NCBI GenBank assembly: GCA_965200315.1
Contig: OZ241362.1
Location: forward strand, 4,064,001-4,128,000
Origin: Candidatus Latescibacterota bacterium
GTDB taxonomy: Bacteria > Latescibacterota > UBA2968 > UBA8231
Direction of reading: 5' to 3'
Length of the DNA: 64,000 nt
Made by a program: the position numbers and the translations under genes. This document shows, one piece after another, positions 25,160 through 35,793 of the stretch (position 1 is its first letter; every line of letters begins with the position of its first letter). Below the pieces are notes generated by a model. The model searched no databases. It was not told where the DNA came from and worked only from the letters and a program-made list of their open reading frames with translations.

Positions 25160-26953
25160 TCAGGGAGCGTCTCCACCTTCCAACCACTCGCGGTCTGCGG
25201 CCAAGTAAATCTCCTCGACCTCCAAGTCGGCAAAGGCCGCAGACCAGCGCTGCCAATCCGCCCGCTCCTCCTGTTCCTGCACCCGCAGCCGAGCCACAAA
25301 GGCAAAGCGATTGAGCGCGAACGTCAGGGTGGTGACCTTGCCCCCCCTCAGATCGACCTCCACCTGTTGGGTCTGCCCGCCATAGCTCAACTCGACCCAG
25401 TGCCGACCAGACGGCAGATTGTGGAAAAGCAATCCCTGATAGCCGCGCTTGAGCAATTCGAGCGAGTAGCGGCCGTCCAAGCGCACGGTGATATCCTCTG
25501 TGATCTCGTTGCCGATGGGGGCCAACACCAAGGCCAACCAAGCGTCTAGATCGTCGAATAGCAACTCGTCGGCGGCGGCGGTGGTGATGGCCAGCGGAGC
25601 CTCTTGCACCATGGCCACGGGCCTTTGGCCCGGCATCCAAGCCGGCGGTGGCAATTGGGGTGTGATGCCGCTTTTGCGCGTCAGCGCATAGACCAAGATA
25701 TTGGTCCCCGCCATCAGTGCGTAGGTCGTCGGCTGCGTGCTTTCTCCTTCTGTGTTGAAGCTGGCCTGCCAATAATTCCCCAACCATAAGTCGCTCAGCA
25801 CAGCCACCAATTCGCCGTCCAACTCGACTCCCCACAGTCCTTCTGGCGGTGGCAACCCTTCACCCACAGCACTGGGCCCGGAGCCGGTGGCCGCTTGTGC
25901 TTCCTGCAAGGCCAAAGTCTCATAGCGATTGTTGACTGGATAAGACCAAGAGGGATTGTCTCCGGCGTCCTCAATGCGCGATTTGTCCTCTCCGGGAAAG
26001 CCGCCGCCGAACTCGTAAAAGGAGTGATATATCGGATGTGAGGTCGGAATGGGTGCCAAGCGCGCCTCAGGCCCCAAAATTTCGCGCATCTGGTCCTTCA
26101 TTTCGCGCAAATAGAGGTTGGTCCGGCGGCTGGTACCCTCGATAAACAGGAACCCTCCCCCGCGCAGATAGCGGCCCAAAAGCGCCTTTTCCTCCGGGCT
26201 GAACTTGGTCAGGACATTCTCGTCGTACGCAGACAAGGAGTCTTCAAAGAAGAAGTGGATGGGATCCTTGAGCAGTTGCTCCGACAGGAAGTACTCGTAG
26301 GTCTTGTCCCTCACCTGCGCCAGTAAGTGGGTATGGTCGCGCACGTAGCGGCTCAGGGCGTCCAGCACCCCCCGACCCGAACCAGCCCCATAGACTCGTA
26401 ACTGGGTAAAGTTCACGTAGCCAGACAAGTCGCGCCGAGTCGCCCGACTGGGGATGATGGCGGCGTGATCTTTGTTGGCCCGTGCCATGTCCTCTATCCG
26501 CAACAGATCCATCGAGGCAACGCCCATGCTATCGGCCAAACCCAACGACGAAGGCGAGATCATCTTTTCGCGCTCCAAAATTGGTTCATCTTCCTTCGCA
26601 CCGATGGCCGTCTCGCCCAACGCCAAAGGGGCCATCGGTGTATCTATCTCGGGCGGAGTCGTCTCGCTTTCTAGATTGGGGTCGCGGACAGCCACGGGCG
26701 GCTGGTCGGCCCGCAGATACTCCATCTCCACTTTCAACGCCTCTACGTCCAAGCGAGGCAGGGGAGTCAGGCGGCGGGGCTTAAACTGCGGCGGGATGCG
26801 GGCGAGGCGCACGCGAAAGGCCTCTGCGTCCAATTCGTCGCGCCACAGGTGATCTCCTAGGTAAAGCGCGGTGAGATGCAGCAGCAGCGACGCTAGCAAA
26901 CAAATATAGGCGGTTCTATGTCTATGCACTGAGAGCCTCTCTTTCTGCGCCAA
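25160..26953 (-). CDS. membrane-anchored DUF4159-domain protein
   Basis: N-terminal SLLLH TM anchor, Pro-rich linker, YLRGGGFLFIE / HPIYHSFYEF / GTNILVYALT DUF4159-like core, extra C-terminal beta domain. Start codon uncertain. Confidence 0.65.
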   Translation of the reverse strand: MAQKERLSVHRHRTAYICLLASLLLHLTALYLGDHLWRDELDAEAFRVRLARIPPQFKPRRLTPLPRLDVEALKVEMEYLRADQPPVAVRDPNLESETTPPEIDTPMAPLALGETAIGAKEDEPILEREKMISPSSLGLADSMGVASMDLLRIEDMARANKDHAAIIPSRATRRDLSGYVNFTQLRVYGAGSGRGVLDALSRYVRDHTHLLAQVRDKTYEYFLSEQLLKDPIHFFFEDSLSAYDENVLTKFSPEEKALLGRYLRGGGFLFIEGTSRRTNLYLREMKDQMREILGPEARLAPIPTSHPIYHSFYEFGGGFPGEDKSRIEDAGDNPSWSYPVNNRYETLALQEAQAATGSGPSAVGEGLPPPEGLWGVELDGELVAVLSDLWLGNYWQASFNTEGESTQPTTYALMAGTNILVYALTRKSGITPQLPPPAWMPGQRPVAMVQEAPLAITTAAADELLFDDLDAWLALVLAPIGNEITEDITVRLDGRYSLELLKRGYQGLLFHNLPSGRHWVELSYGGQTQQVEVDLRGGKVTTLTFALNRFAFVARLRVQEQEERADWQRWSAAFADLEVEEIYLAADREWLEGGDAP

Positions 26954-27156
26954 TCAGTGCGTACGAGTGGCAGTATGGCAGTATTATAATATAACTGATT
27001 GTAACAAAACGGTTTTTTGCCAAGAAAACACGTGCTTGTTATCTTTTTCGACTTGAAACGGGTGGCTTAGGATTGTCAGTACTCCCTCCGCGGCGGCCTC
27101 CCCTTGCTACTGCAAGAGGAGCGGATTGACAACTACGCAAAGGAATTGTTTCAGCC

Positions 27157-29817
27157 ATGAGCAACGCCCAAGAAATACAAGCCGAAATAAGCGAGTGGCT
27201 CGAATCCCTCGATTACGTGTTAGCCCATAGGGCGCCTGCGCAGGTCCTCAAGCTCCTGCAACAGCTCCAAGCCCACGCCGCAGAAGCCGGCGTCGGCACG
27301 CCTTTCAGCGTCAATACGCCCTACATCAACACCATTTCCCGCGATCAGCAACCCCCCTATCCGGGTAGCCGCGAGATCGAGCGGCGGATCAAAAGCATCG
27401 TGCGCTGGAACGCCATGGCCATGGTCGTGCGCGCCAATCGCGACCACTCCAACCTCGGCGGCCACATCTCGACCTACGCCTCTTCAGCCACCCTCTACGA
27501 GGTCGGCTACAACCACTTTTTCCGCGCCCCCAGCAACGGCCATTCCGGCGACCAAATATACTTTCAAGGGCACGCTGCTCCCGGCATGTACGCCCGCGCC
27601 TTTCTCGAAGGGCGTCTCAACGAACACCAGCTCGAAAACTTCCGCCGCGAGTTGCAAGAAGGCGGTGGTCTCGCCTCCTATCCGCATCCTTGGCTGATGC
27701 CGGACTTTTGGCAGTTCCCAACCGTGTCTATGGGCCTAGGGCCAATCCTTTCGATCTATCAGGCGCGCTTCAACCGCTATCTCGAAAACCGAGGCCTCAA
27801 GCCCGTTGACGACAGCAAAGTGTGGGCCTTTTTAGGCGATGGCGAGTGCGACGAGCCTGAGAGCTTGGGGGCGCTCACCCTTGCTGCACGCGAACAGCTC
27901 AACAACCTCATCTGGGTCGTCAACTGCAACCTACAGCGCCTCGACGGCCCGGTGCGCGGCAATGGCAAGATAATACAAGAACTCGAAGCGGTCTTCCGCG
28001 GCGCTGGCTGGAACGTCATCAAGGTGATCTGGGGCGACGACTGGGATCCGCTCTTGGAACAGGACACCGACGGCAGCTTGGCCCAGCGCATGAACGAGGT
28101 CGTCGATGGCCAGTACCAGAAATACTCGGTCTCCGACGGCAGCTACATCCGCCACGACTTCTTCGGCACCGACCCAAAACTAGCTGCCATGGTCGAGGCC
28201 TACTCGGACGAACAACTCCAGAAAATGCGGCGCGGCGGCCACGATCCAGAAAAGGTCTATGCCGCCTACCAGCAAGCCATCGCCGACAAAAGCGCACCCA
28301 CCGTCATCCTCGCCAAGACCATCAAGGGCTACGGCATGGGCGAAGCCGGCGAGGGCAAGAACATCACCCATCAGCAAAAAAAGCTCAACGAGGACGAGAT
28401 CCGCCTTTTCCGCACCCGCTTCGGCATCCCCATCTCGGACGACGAGGTCGCGGAGACGCCGTTTTACCGCCCCCCAGACGACAGCCCAGAAATCCAGTAC
28501 ATCCGTCAGCGGCGAGAAAGCCTCGGCGGTTACGTACCCCAGCGGCAGATCACGGCCCCGCCACTGACCATGCCGCCGGAAACGCTGTGGGACGAATTCA
28601 AAAAGAGCTCGGTCAAGCGCGCGTTTGCCACGACCATGGCCTTTGTCGCGGTCATGCGCAAACTCATGCAAGACAAGCAAATCGGCAAATTAGTCGTCCC
28701 TATCGTCCCCGACGAATCGCGCACCTTCGGCATGGAGCCGCTCTTCCGCCAGTTCGGAATCTATTCGAGCCTAGGCCAGCTATACGAGCCGGTTGACAAA
28801 GACGTCATCACCTACTACAAAGAGGCCAAAGACGGCCAGATACTCGAAGAGGGCATCACCGAGGCCGGCTCTATGTCCTCCTTTATCGCGGCCGGCTCGG
28901 CCTATGCTACCCACGGCATCAACACCATCCCCTTCTTCATCTACTACTCAATGTTCGGGATGCAGCGGATCGGCGATTTGGTTTGGCTAGCCGGCGACAT
29001 GCGGGTCAAGGGCTTCATGGTCGGCGGCACGGCCGGGCGCACCACGCTCAACGGCGAGGGGCTGCAACACGAGGACGGGCACAGCCACCTCTTGGCCTAT
29101 CCCGTACCCAATCTCGAAGCCTACGATCCGGCCTTCGGCTACGAAATCGCCGTCATCATCCGCGAGGGTATCCGCCGCATGTATGTCGAGCAGGAGGACG
29201 TGTTCTACTACCTGACGGTCGAAAACGACATCTATCCCATGCCGGAGATGCCCGACGGCGTCGAAGAAGGCATTCTCAAGGGCCTGTACAAGTTCAAGCC
29301 CTCGGCCAAGAAACGCACCCGTCTCAAGGCCCACCTCTTCGGCAGCGGCGCGATCATCAATAGCGCCCTCAAAGCTCAGGCCCTCCTCGAAGAAAAATAC
29401 CGAGTCAGCGCGGATGTCTGGAGCATCACTAGCTACAAGGCCCTGCACCGCGACGCCCTCGACGCCGAGCGTTGGAACCGTATGCACCCCGGCGAAAAGC
29501 CCCGTCTCAGCTACATCGAACAATGCCTCGCCAAGGAGCGCGGCGTATACATCATGGCCTCGGATTACGTCAAGGCCCTCCCGGAATCCATTGCCCGCTG
29601 GTTTCCCAACCCGCCCGTCTCCCTCGGCACCGATGGCTTCGGCCGTAGCGAAACCCGCGAGGCCCTGCGCGATCACTTTGAGGTTGATTATCGCTTTATC
29701 GCCCTAGGTGCCTTGAGCGCGCTGGCGCGCGAGGGGCAGATCGAATGCGACGTAGTCGTCCAAGCCATGCAAGACCTAAAGATCGATCCAGCAAGACCCA
29801 ATCCCATTTACCTGTGA
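27157..29817 (+). CDS. aceE: pyruvate dehydrogenase E1, homodimeric
   Basis: LGGHIS, FLGDGECDEPES, NCNLQRLDGPVRGN, GRTTLNGEGLQHEDG. Confidence 0.98.
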   Translation: MSNAQEIQAEISEWLESLDYVLAHRAPAQVLKLLQQLQAHAAEAGVGTPFSVNTPYINTISRDQQPPYPGSREIERRIKSIVRWNAMAMVVRANRDHSNLGGHISTYASSATLYEVGYNHFFRAPSNGHSGDQIYFQGHAAPGMYARAFLEGRLNEHQLENFRRELQEGGGLASYPHPWLMPDFWQFPTVSMGLGPILSIYQARFNRYLENRGLKPVDDSKVWAFLGDGECDEPESLGALTLAAREQLNNLIWVVNCNLQRLDGPVRGNGKIIQELEAVFRGAGWNVIKVIWGDDWDPLLEQDTDGSLAQRMNEVVDGQYQKYSVSDGSYIRHDFFGTDPKLAAMVEAYSDEQLQKMRRGGHDPEKVYAAYQQAIADKSAPTVILAKTIKGYGMGEAGEGKNITHQQKKLNEDEIRLFRTRFGIPISDDEVAETPFYRPPDDSPEIQYIRQRRESLGGYVPQRQITAPPLTMPPETLWDEFKKSSVKRAFATTMAFVAVMRKLMQDKQIGKLVVPIVPDESRTFGMEPLFRQFGIYSSLGQLYEPVDKDVITYYKEAKDGQILEEGITEAGSMSSFIAAGSAYATHGINTIPFFIYYSMFGMQRIGDLVWLAGDMRVKGFMVGGTAGRTTLNGEGLQHEDGHSHLLAYPVPNLEAYDPAFGYEIAVIIREGIRRMYVEQEDVFYYLTVENDIYPMPEMPDGVEEGILKGLYKFKPSAKKRTRLKAHLFGSGAIINSALKAQALLEEKYRVSADVWSITSYKALHRDALDAERWNRMHPGEKPRLSYIEQCLAKERGVYIMASDYVKALPESIARWFPNPPVSLGTDGFGRSETREALRDHFEVDYRFIALGALSALAREGQIECDVVVQAMQDLKIDPARPNPIYL

Positions 29818-29831
29818 GTTTAGAGCACCCC

Positions 29832-31109
29832 ATGCCCTTACAATTTGCTTTGCCCGACTTGGGAGAAAACATCGAAAGTGGCGATGTAATCCGCATCCTC
29901 GTCGCCGTCGGCGACCACCTCGCCGAAGACCAGACCGTCATCGAGCTTGAAACCGATAAGGCCGTCATTGAGGTGCCCTCCTCCATAGACGGCACCGTTA
30001 CCGAAATTCTCGTCCAACAAGGCGACACTATCGCTGTCGGACAGCCCATCCTCGAAGTCGAGGCGGCCGCAGCCGAGGCTCTAACTGTCGAGGAGACATC
30101 CCCCGCGCCTGAACCGGCGACAGCGGAACCGGCCTCTACCCCGCCCCCACAAGAACAAGCGATCGCCCCGGTTGTCGAAGAAGATCCTCCCGCGCCTACG
30201 CCTACTTCTCCAGACGGCCCCGTCCCAGCCGCGCCATCGACCCGCCGCCTAGCCCGCGAGATCGGTGTCGATATCGCGCAGGTCCAAGGCACGGGGCCGG
30301 GCGGCAGGATCTCAATCGACGACGTCAAGGCGCACTCAAAAAAGCTGCACGCAACGCGAGCGGCTACCCCAGCCGCAGCCGCCTCGCTGCCCGACTTCAG
30401 CCAGTGGGGTGCTGTCGAGCGCCAGCCCATGACCAAAGTGCGCGAGATAACCGCCGAGCGCCTTGCGCAGGCTTGGGCCACCATCCCGCAGGTCACCCAG
30501 TTCGATAAAGCCGACATCACCAGCTTGGAAAAGTGGCGCGCAGCATACGGCAAGAAAGCCGAGGCAGCCGGCGGCAAGCTGACGCCAACCGCGATCCTCA
30601 TCAAAGTACTCGGCATCGCCCTCAAGGTCTTCCCGCAGTTTAACGCCAGCATCGACGTGGCCCAGCGGGAAGTCGTGTACAAACGCTACTTCCACATCGG
30701 CATTGCCGTCGATACCCCTCACGGCCTGCTCGTGCCGGTGGTGCGCGACGTGGATCAAAAGAACATCATCGATCTAGCGGTAGAGCTGAGCGAACTGGCG
30801 CAAAAGACGCGCGAGCGCAAGATCGGGCCGGCCGACATGCAGGGCGGCTCCATGACCATCAGCAATGTCGGCACCATGGGCGGCACGGCCTTCACGCCCA
30901 TCGTCAATCCGCCCGAAGTGGCCATCCTCGGCGTGGCGCGCTCGCAAGTCGAACCCACGTATATCGACGGCCAGCTTGAGCCGCGCACCCACCTCCCCCT
31001 GTCGCTGTCCTACGATCACCGCCTGATCGACGGGGCCGATGGCGCGCGCTTCCTCCGCTGGGTCTGCACAGCATTGGAAGATCCCTTTATCGCGCTCTTG
31101 GAAGGCTGA
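29832..31109 (+). CDS. aceF: dihydrolipoamide acetyltransferase E2
   Basis: One lipoyl domain (ETDKA), PSBD GTGPGGRI, DHRLIDG. Confidence 0.96.
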   Translation: MPLQFALPDLGENIESGDVIRILVAVGDHLAEDQTVIELETDKAVIEVPSSIDGTVTEILVQQGDTIAVGQPILEVEAAAAEALTVEETSPAPEPATAEPASTPPPQEQAIAPVVEEDPPAPTPTSPDGPVPAAPSTRRLAREIGVDIAQVQGTGPGGRISIDDVKAHSKKLHATRAATPAAAASLPDFSQWGAVERQPMTKVREITAERLAQAWATIPQVTQFDKADITSLEKWRAAYGKKAEAAGGKLTPTAILIKVLGIALKVFPQFNASIDVAQREVVYKRYFHIGIAVDTPHGLLVPVVRDVDQKNIIDLAVELSELAQKTRERKIGPADMQGGSMTISNVGTMGGTAFTPIVNPPEVAILGVARSQVEPTYIDGQLEPRTHLPLSLSYDHRLIDGADGARFLRWVCTALEDPFIALLEG

Positions 31110-31116
31110 GGCAGCT

Positions 31117-32532
31117 ATGGACAAGGCCCAGCTAGCGGTCATCGGCGGTGGCCCGGGCGGCTACGTCGCTGCCTTTAAGGCTGCGGACTCGGGGTTGGAT
31201 GTCGCATTAATCGACCCAGAAGCCCATCCCGGCGGCGTTTGCCTCTACCGAGGCTGCATCCCCTCCAAGGCTCTCCTGCACATTTCCAAGCTGCTCTACG
31301 AAGCCAAGGAAGCCGAGCATTGGGGCATCCAATTCGCCGCGCCCGAGATCGACCTCGACAAGTTGCGCAGTTGGAAGGATGAGGTCGTCGCCAAGATGAC
31401 TCAGGGCTTGGGTCAACTCGTCAGGGCGCGCAAGCTGACCTACGTGCAGGGACGCGCCCGCTTTGTCGACTCCCACACGCTGCAAATCGACAAAGCCGAC
31501 GGCAGTCAAGGCACCTTGCAGTTTGAGCACACCATCCTCGCCACTGGGTCGCGCCCAGCCGTGCCGGCGCTCTTCGACCAGCCAAACGACCGCGTCATGG
31601 ATTCGACCGCCGCTGTCGCACTCTCCGATATACCCGCCTCCATGCTCGTCGTCGGCGGCGGCATCATCGGCATGGAACTAGGGCAGGTGTACTCAGCCCT
31701 GGGGACCCAAGTTTCGGTCGTCGAAATGCTTCCCGGGCTGATCCCCCCGGCCGACCGCGACTTGGTCAAACCGCTGCACAACAAGGCCGCCGAGCACTTC
31801 TACGAGATCATGCTCAGCACCCAAGTGACTGCGCTCGCCGAGAGCGACGATGGCTTAGAGGTACAATTGCAGAACAGCGACGGCCAGTGCTTTTCCAAGA
31901 CCTACGCCAAAATCCTGCTCGCCGTGGGCCGGGTTCCCAATAGCCGAGACTTGGGTTTGGAACACACCGCCGTCGGCCTCGACGAGCGCGGCTATGTCCA
32001 AGTCGATGACCAGCTACGCACGGCTGAGCCGTCGATTTTCGCCATTGGCGACCTCATAGGTGCGGCCCTCGCCCACACGGCCGCTCATCAAGGAAGCCTA
32101 GCCGCCGAAGTCGCAGCTGGCCACGAAAAACAGGTCTTCGCGCCCCACGCCATCCCAAACGTCGTCTATACCGACCCGGAAATCGCTTGGTGCGGACTCA
32201 CCGAGGAAGAGGCCAAACAGCAGGGCCGCTCGGTCGCGGTCACGCGCTTTCCTTGGTCGGCTTCCGGCCGCGCCGCGACCCAAGGCGCAAATGACGGCCT
32301 CACCAAGCTGCTCATCGATCCCCAGACCGACCGAATCCTAGGCGTGGGCATTGCCGGCAGCGGCGCAGGTGAACTGATCGCCGAGGGCGTCCTAGCCGTG
32401 GAAATGGCCGCGCTCGCAGCGGATGTCCAGCATTCGATCCACCCCCATCCCACGCTCTCCGAGACCCTCATGGAAGCGGCCGAAAGCCACTACGGCCAGA
32501 GCGCACACCTCTACGCGCCCAAACGCCGCTGA
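31117..32532 (+). CDS. lpdA: dihydrolipoamide dehydrogenase E3
   Basis: GGGPGGY, GGVCLYRGCIPSK, HPHPTLSE. Confidence 0.97.
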   Translation: MDKAQLAVIGGGPGGYVAAFKAADSGLDVALIDPEAHPGGVCLYRGCIPSKALLHISKLLYEAKEAEHWGIQFAAPEIDLDKLRSWKDEVVAKMTQGLGQLVRARKLTYVQGRARFVDSHTLQIDKADGSQGTLQFEHTILATGSRPAVPALFDQPNDRVMDSTAAVALSDIPASMLVVGGGIIGMELGQVYSALGTQVSVVEMLPGLIPPADRDLVKPLHNKAAEHFYEIMLSTQVTALAESDDGLEVQLQNSDGQCFSKTYAKILLAVGRVPNSRDLGLEHTAVGLDERGYVQVDDQLRTAEPSIFAIGDLIGAALAHTAAHQGSLAAEVAAGHEKQVFAPHAIPNVVYTDPEIAWCGLTEEEAKQQGRSVAVTRFPWSASGRAATQGANDGLTKLLIDPQTDRILGVGIAGSGAGELIAEGVLAVEMAALAADVQHSIHPHPTLSETLMEAAESHYGQSAHLYAPKRR

Positions 32533-33224
32533 AGCACGACCTCCAGAGCCCTAAGATGCGCCTCCGCTCGCACCGCTAGTGGCCATTCGCTGGGCGTCTC
32601 GCTGATCAGCGCATGTTCGGTGTGGTGTGCATACAAGTAGGGCGCCAACCCGGCTTCGCCCCATTCTGGGTCGATGAGGAAGACGCCTTCAGAAAGCACT
32701 TTGTCGTTTTCGCCGGCCTCGCCGTCAATGGGCATCACCGCGCGCACTTGCTCGACAATGGCTGGCCCGAGCCACTGTTCGTCGCGTTTGGCCTCATAGC
32801 AGTAAAACCCCGCCGCTTCCCAGTCCTCGTGCAAGTCCAACGCGCAATCAAAGCGCCGACCGCTTAGAAACGCCTTGACCTGCGCCACGAGCGGGACCGC
32901 AGCACCGCCAAACTCCCGATTGCAATCCAAGCCGGATTCGTTCTCGCGGGTATTGTGGACATAGCCGTGCGGATTGAGACAGGGCAAGATCAGGAACTGA
33001 CAACGCTGGGCGAGGCGTAGACTCAGCCCCTCGGCAAAGCGCAGCGCAGCTTCTGGCCCAGCCGGCTCGTCCCCGTGCAACCCGGCCGTCAGCAGGATTC
33101 GCGCCTCAGTACCGCTCCCTAGCTCTAGGGCGTAAATTGGATACCCACCGCGTTCAGCCACTAGCTGTGCTGGCCCCACCGCCTGCAGGCGGTGCAACAA
33201 ACTCGTATAATCGCGTTTCTTCAT
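32511..33224 (-). CDS. M14 metallocarboxypeptidase / AstE-AspA family
   Basis: GLHGDEPAG, NPHG...REN...DCNR, DLHED. Confidence 0.85.
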   Translation of the reverse strand: MKKRDYTSLLHRLQAVGPAQLVAERGGYPIYALELGSGTEARILLTAGLHGDEPAGPEAALRFAEGLSLRLAQRCQFLILPCLNPHGYVHNTRENESGLDCNREFGGAAVPLVAQVKAFLSGRRFDCALDLHEDWEAAGFYCYEAKRDEQWLGPAIVEQVRAVMPIDGEAGENDKVLSEGVFLIDPEWGEAGLAPYLYAHHTEHALISETPSEWPLAVRAEAHLRALEVVLQRRLGA

Positions 33225-33353
33225 TTTACATGGCCCTCCTTGGCCCTGTTCGATTTTCCACTTGGCCCCCTGCGATACTATTGTATTTTTAAAGGAAGGA
33301 TGCGTGGCTAACGCGCTCGAATAACTACCCACCTCAAACCTTACATAAGACTA

Positions 33354-35507
33354 ATGACTGACAAAGCCAAATGGGCTTGGACAACACTATTCTTGAGCCT
33401 ACTGGTCCTACTGCCAGCAGTCTATTTCTATTTTTCGGAATCCCCCGCACCTTCCCCCGAGGCCCCCGTACCTCCCCCCAAGGCCCCCACGCCCGAGCCG
33501 CCTAGCCCAATTGGCGTACTAATCGCCGAGGACCGCTGCGACCTAGCCTATCCCCAACTCACTGCGCCAGACACGAGCCAACATCACGAGCTGGCCGACC
33601 AAGCGCACCTCGAGTTCCAGCGGGCGTTTTGCGAGCGCATGCTCAAAAAGCCAACTCGCGCCTATAATCGCTTGCGCGAGCTCGACCTACCGGCCTTAGA
33701 CGACTACCGCCGCTTCTGGATAGCCCGCTCCTTAGAGGACATGGGCCAGACGAACGACGCCATCGCCGAGTACGAAAACTTTCTGGCAACCCCGGCCAAT
33801 CCGATCCTCCTCAACCCAGCCCGCCTGCGCTTGGCCTCCCTCTACCGGACCACCGGCCAACCGGCCAAAGCCCTTGCCCTGTACAAGGAGCAACTCTCGA
33901 AGGGCACTGATCCTGCGCGGGTCCTCTACTTGCTCGCAACCACCAGCCAAAAGCACGATCCTGCGCGGGCGCAAAAGTGGCGTTTAGAGCTTTTGGAAAA
34001 TCACCCTAGTTCTAAGCACGCCCGCAATAGCCTGTCGCACTTGCCCAAGAAGCTCGACGCCCGCACGGCTTATGCCAAGGCCCGCATCTATTACAGCCAC
34101 AAGCGGTACAACCAAGCGATCAAGAGCTTTCGGAACTTCATCCGCGAACACAGCGGCGACCAGCGCATTGCCCAAGCTCACTACCTACTCGGCCGGGCCT
34201 ACCAGTCTGCGGGGCACTACACCAAGGCCGATCAGGTTTTTCGCACCGCTCACGAGCGCTACGGCAGCCCAGCGGCCCTGTATCACATCGCTAGTCTCTC
34301 GGTCCGCAGAAACCGCGAAGACAAGGCCATTGCAGCCTATGCGAGCTTTGCCAAGCGCTACCCCCAGCACGACTTGGCCGACGATGCCCTGTGGCAAGCC
34401 GCCAAAGCCGCCGAGCGCAAAAGCAAATTCGCCCGCGCCGCAACGCTCTATGGCCGCCTAGCTGAGAACTACCCGCAAACCGATTACGGCGATGAAGCGC
34501 GTTGGAGCGTCGGCTTTGCGCTCTACTGCCAAGAGCAATACTCAGAAGCCCTCGCCGCTTTTGAGCGCGCCAGTCAGCAAGCGCACCAGCCCCACATCAT
34601 CGACCAATCCCTGTACTGGGCTGGAAAAATCGCAGATCGGCTGGGCCAGACAAAAGAGGCCACCGCGTTCTACCGCCGCGCTGCCGCCGGATTTCCCCGC
34701 TCTTACTACTCAACCCGCGCCGTCGAATTGGGCCATAAAGAACAGGTTAAGCTCAAAGGACGATCCGCCGACAGCCTCCGCCAAGAAGTCCCCCTGCTGA
34801 CGCACAGGGCACACCTCGAGCGCGCTGGTTTGCTGAACCAATTGGGACTGAGGGACTGGTCGATAGCCGAGATGAAGCAAGCCGTCCGCGACTACAAGGG
34901 CCACAAGACGGCGCTAAAGGCCATCCGCGACTACTACGAGGCCCTCGGCTATCGCGACCAAGCCATGCGGCTGTCGATGCGGCTGTTCGACGGGCAAGAC
35001 CCGGGGGAATTGTCGCGCATCTACCCGACCTACTACTGGGAGGAGATTGCGGCAGCCGCGGCCGAGGCCCAAATCGACCCCTATCTGGTCCTATCGGTAA
35101 TTCGCCAAGAGAGCACGTTTAACGAAAAAGCGGTATCGCGGGCGGGTGCTAGAGGCCTGATGCAAATCATGCCCCACACCGGCCTCAATCTCGCACGGAG
35201 GTTGAAGGTGAAACCCTTTGAGTTGGACGCACTCTTCGACCCGGCCGTCTCCATCCGCTTCGGCAGTTACTTTCTCAGCAACCAAATGCGCCAATTCACG
35301 ACCGATGCGGGCGCGGACTTGGGCTTTGAACTGAGCTTGGCCGCGTACAACGCCGGTCCGCACAACGCCCGCCGATGGCTCAAGACCTTTCCCTTCGAGG
35401 ACCCGGACGCCTTCGTCGAGCGCATCCCCTTCAAGGAGACCCGCCTCTACGTCAAGCTAGTCCTCAGAAACTACGCCATTTACAAGGCCCTATCCGATGA
35501 CGCCTGA
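33354..35507 (+). CDS. soluble lytic murein transglycosylase (Slt70-like) with TPR repeats
   Basis: N-terminal TM, TPRs, IRQES / GLMQIMP / AYNAG / ETRLYV SLT motifs. Confidence 0.92.
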   Translation: MTDKAKWAWTTLFLSLLVLLPAVYFYFSESPAPSPEAPVPPPKAPTPEPPSPIGVLIAEDRCDLAYPQLTAPDTSQHHELADQAHLEFQRAFCERMLKKPTRAYNRLRELDLPALDDYRRFWIARSLEDMGQTNDAIAEYENFLATPANPILLNPARLRLASLYRTTGQPAKALALYKEQLSKGTDPARVLYLLATTSQKHDPARAQKWRLELLENHPSSKHARNSLSHLPKKLDARTAYAKARIYYSHKRYNQAIKSFRNFIREHSGDQRIAQAHYLLGRAYQSAGHYTKADQVFRTAHERYGSPAALYHIASLSVRRNREDKAIAAYASFAKRYPQHDLADDALWQAAKAAERKSKFARAATLYGRLAENYPQTDYGDEARWSVGFALYCQEQYSEALAAFERASQQAHQPHIIDQSLYWAGKIADRLGQTKEATAFYRRAAAGFPRSYYSTRAVELGHKEQVKLKGRSADSLRQEVPLLTHRAHLERAGLLNQLGLRDWSIAEMKQAVRDYKGHKTALKAIRDYYEALGYRDQAMRLSMRLFDGQDPGELSRIYPTYYWEEIAAAAAEAQIDPYLVLSVIRQESTFNEKAVSRAGARGLMQIMPHTGLNLARRLKVKPFELDALFDPAVSIRFGSYFLSNQMRQFTTDAGADLGFELSLAAYNAGPHNARRWLKTFPFEDPDAFVERIPFKETRLYVKLVLRNYAIYKALSDDA

Positions 35508-35775
35508 ACCAGAAGAGCCACGGGAAAAAAGGCACAAGCTAATCGAAGATATTTTCATCTTGCTCTGCATCGTCAGCCTCTGGCCCGTGGTGCTAGGTTG
35601 GACCGAGCCGATTTATCAGTATTTGCTCTATGTAGCACTGGCGGGTCTGATCTTCATTTTCGTGCGGCGCATCCGCCGCTTCCACGACGCTCGCAACGCC
35701 CTCCGCGATGACGAGACCGGCCCTCAGATAGGCCCCGCTCCCAAGCACACCGATACTGATCATTCGCCAAATTGA
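35497..35775 (+). CDS. small 2-TM hypothetical protein
   Basis: Overlaps the slt stop codon; two hydrophobic segments. Confidence 0.6.
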   Translation: MTPEPEEPREKRHKLIEDIFILLCIVSLWPVVLGWTEPIYQYLLYVALAGLIFIFVRRIRRFHDARNALRDDETGPQIGPAPKHTDTDHSPN

Positions 35776-35793
35776 GCTTGGGACGACCTCTCG

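Noticed and set aside
29696-30682. Long antisense ORFs (e.g. 328 aa opposite aceF, 271 aa opposite bioF, 247 aa opposite the maturase)
   Set aside because: Shadow ORFs typical of GC-rich coding DNA, with no motifs or RBS.
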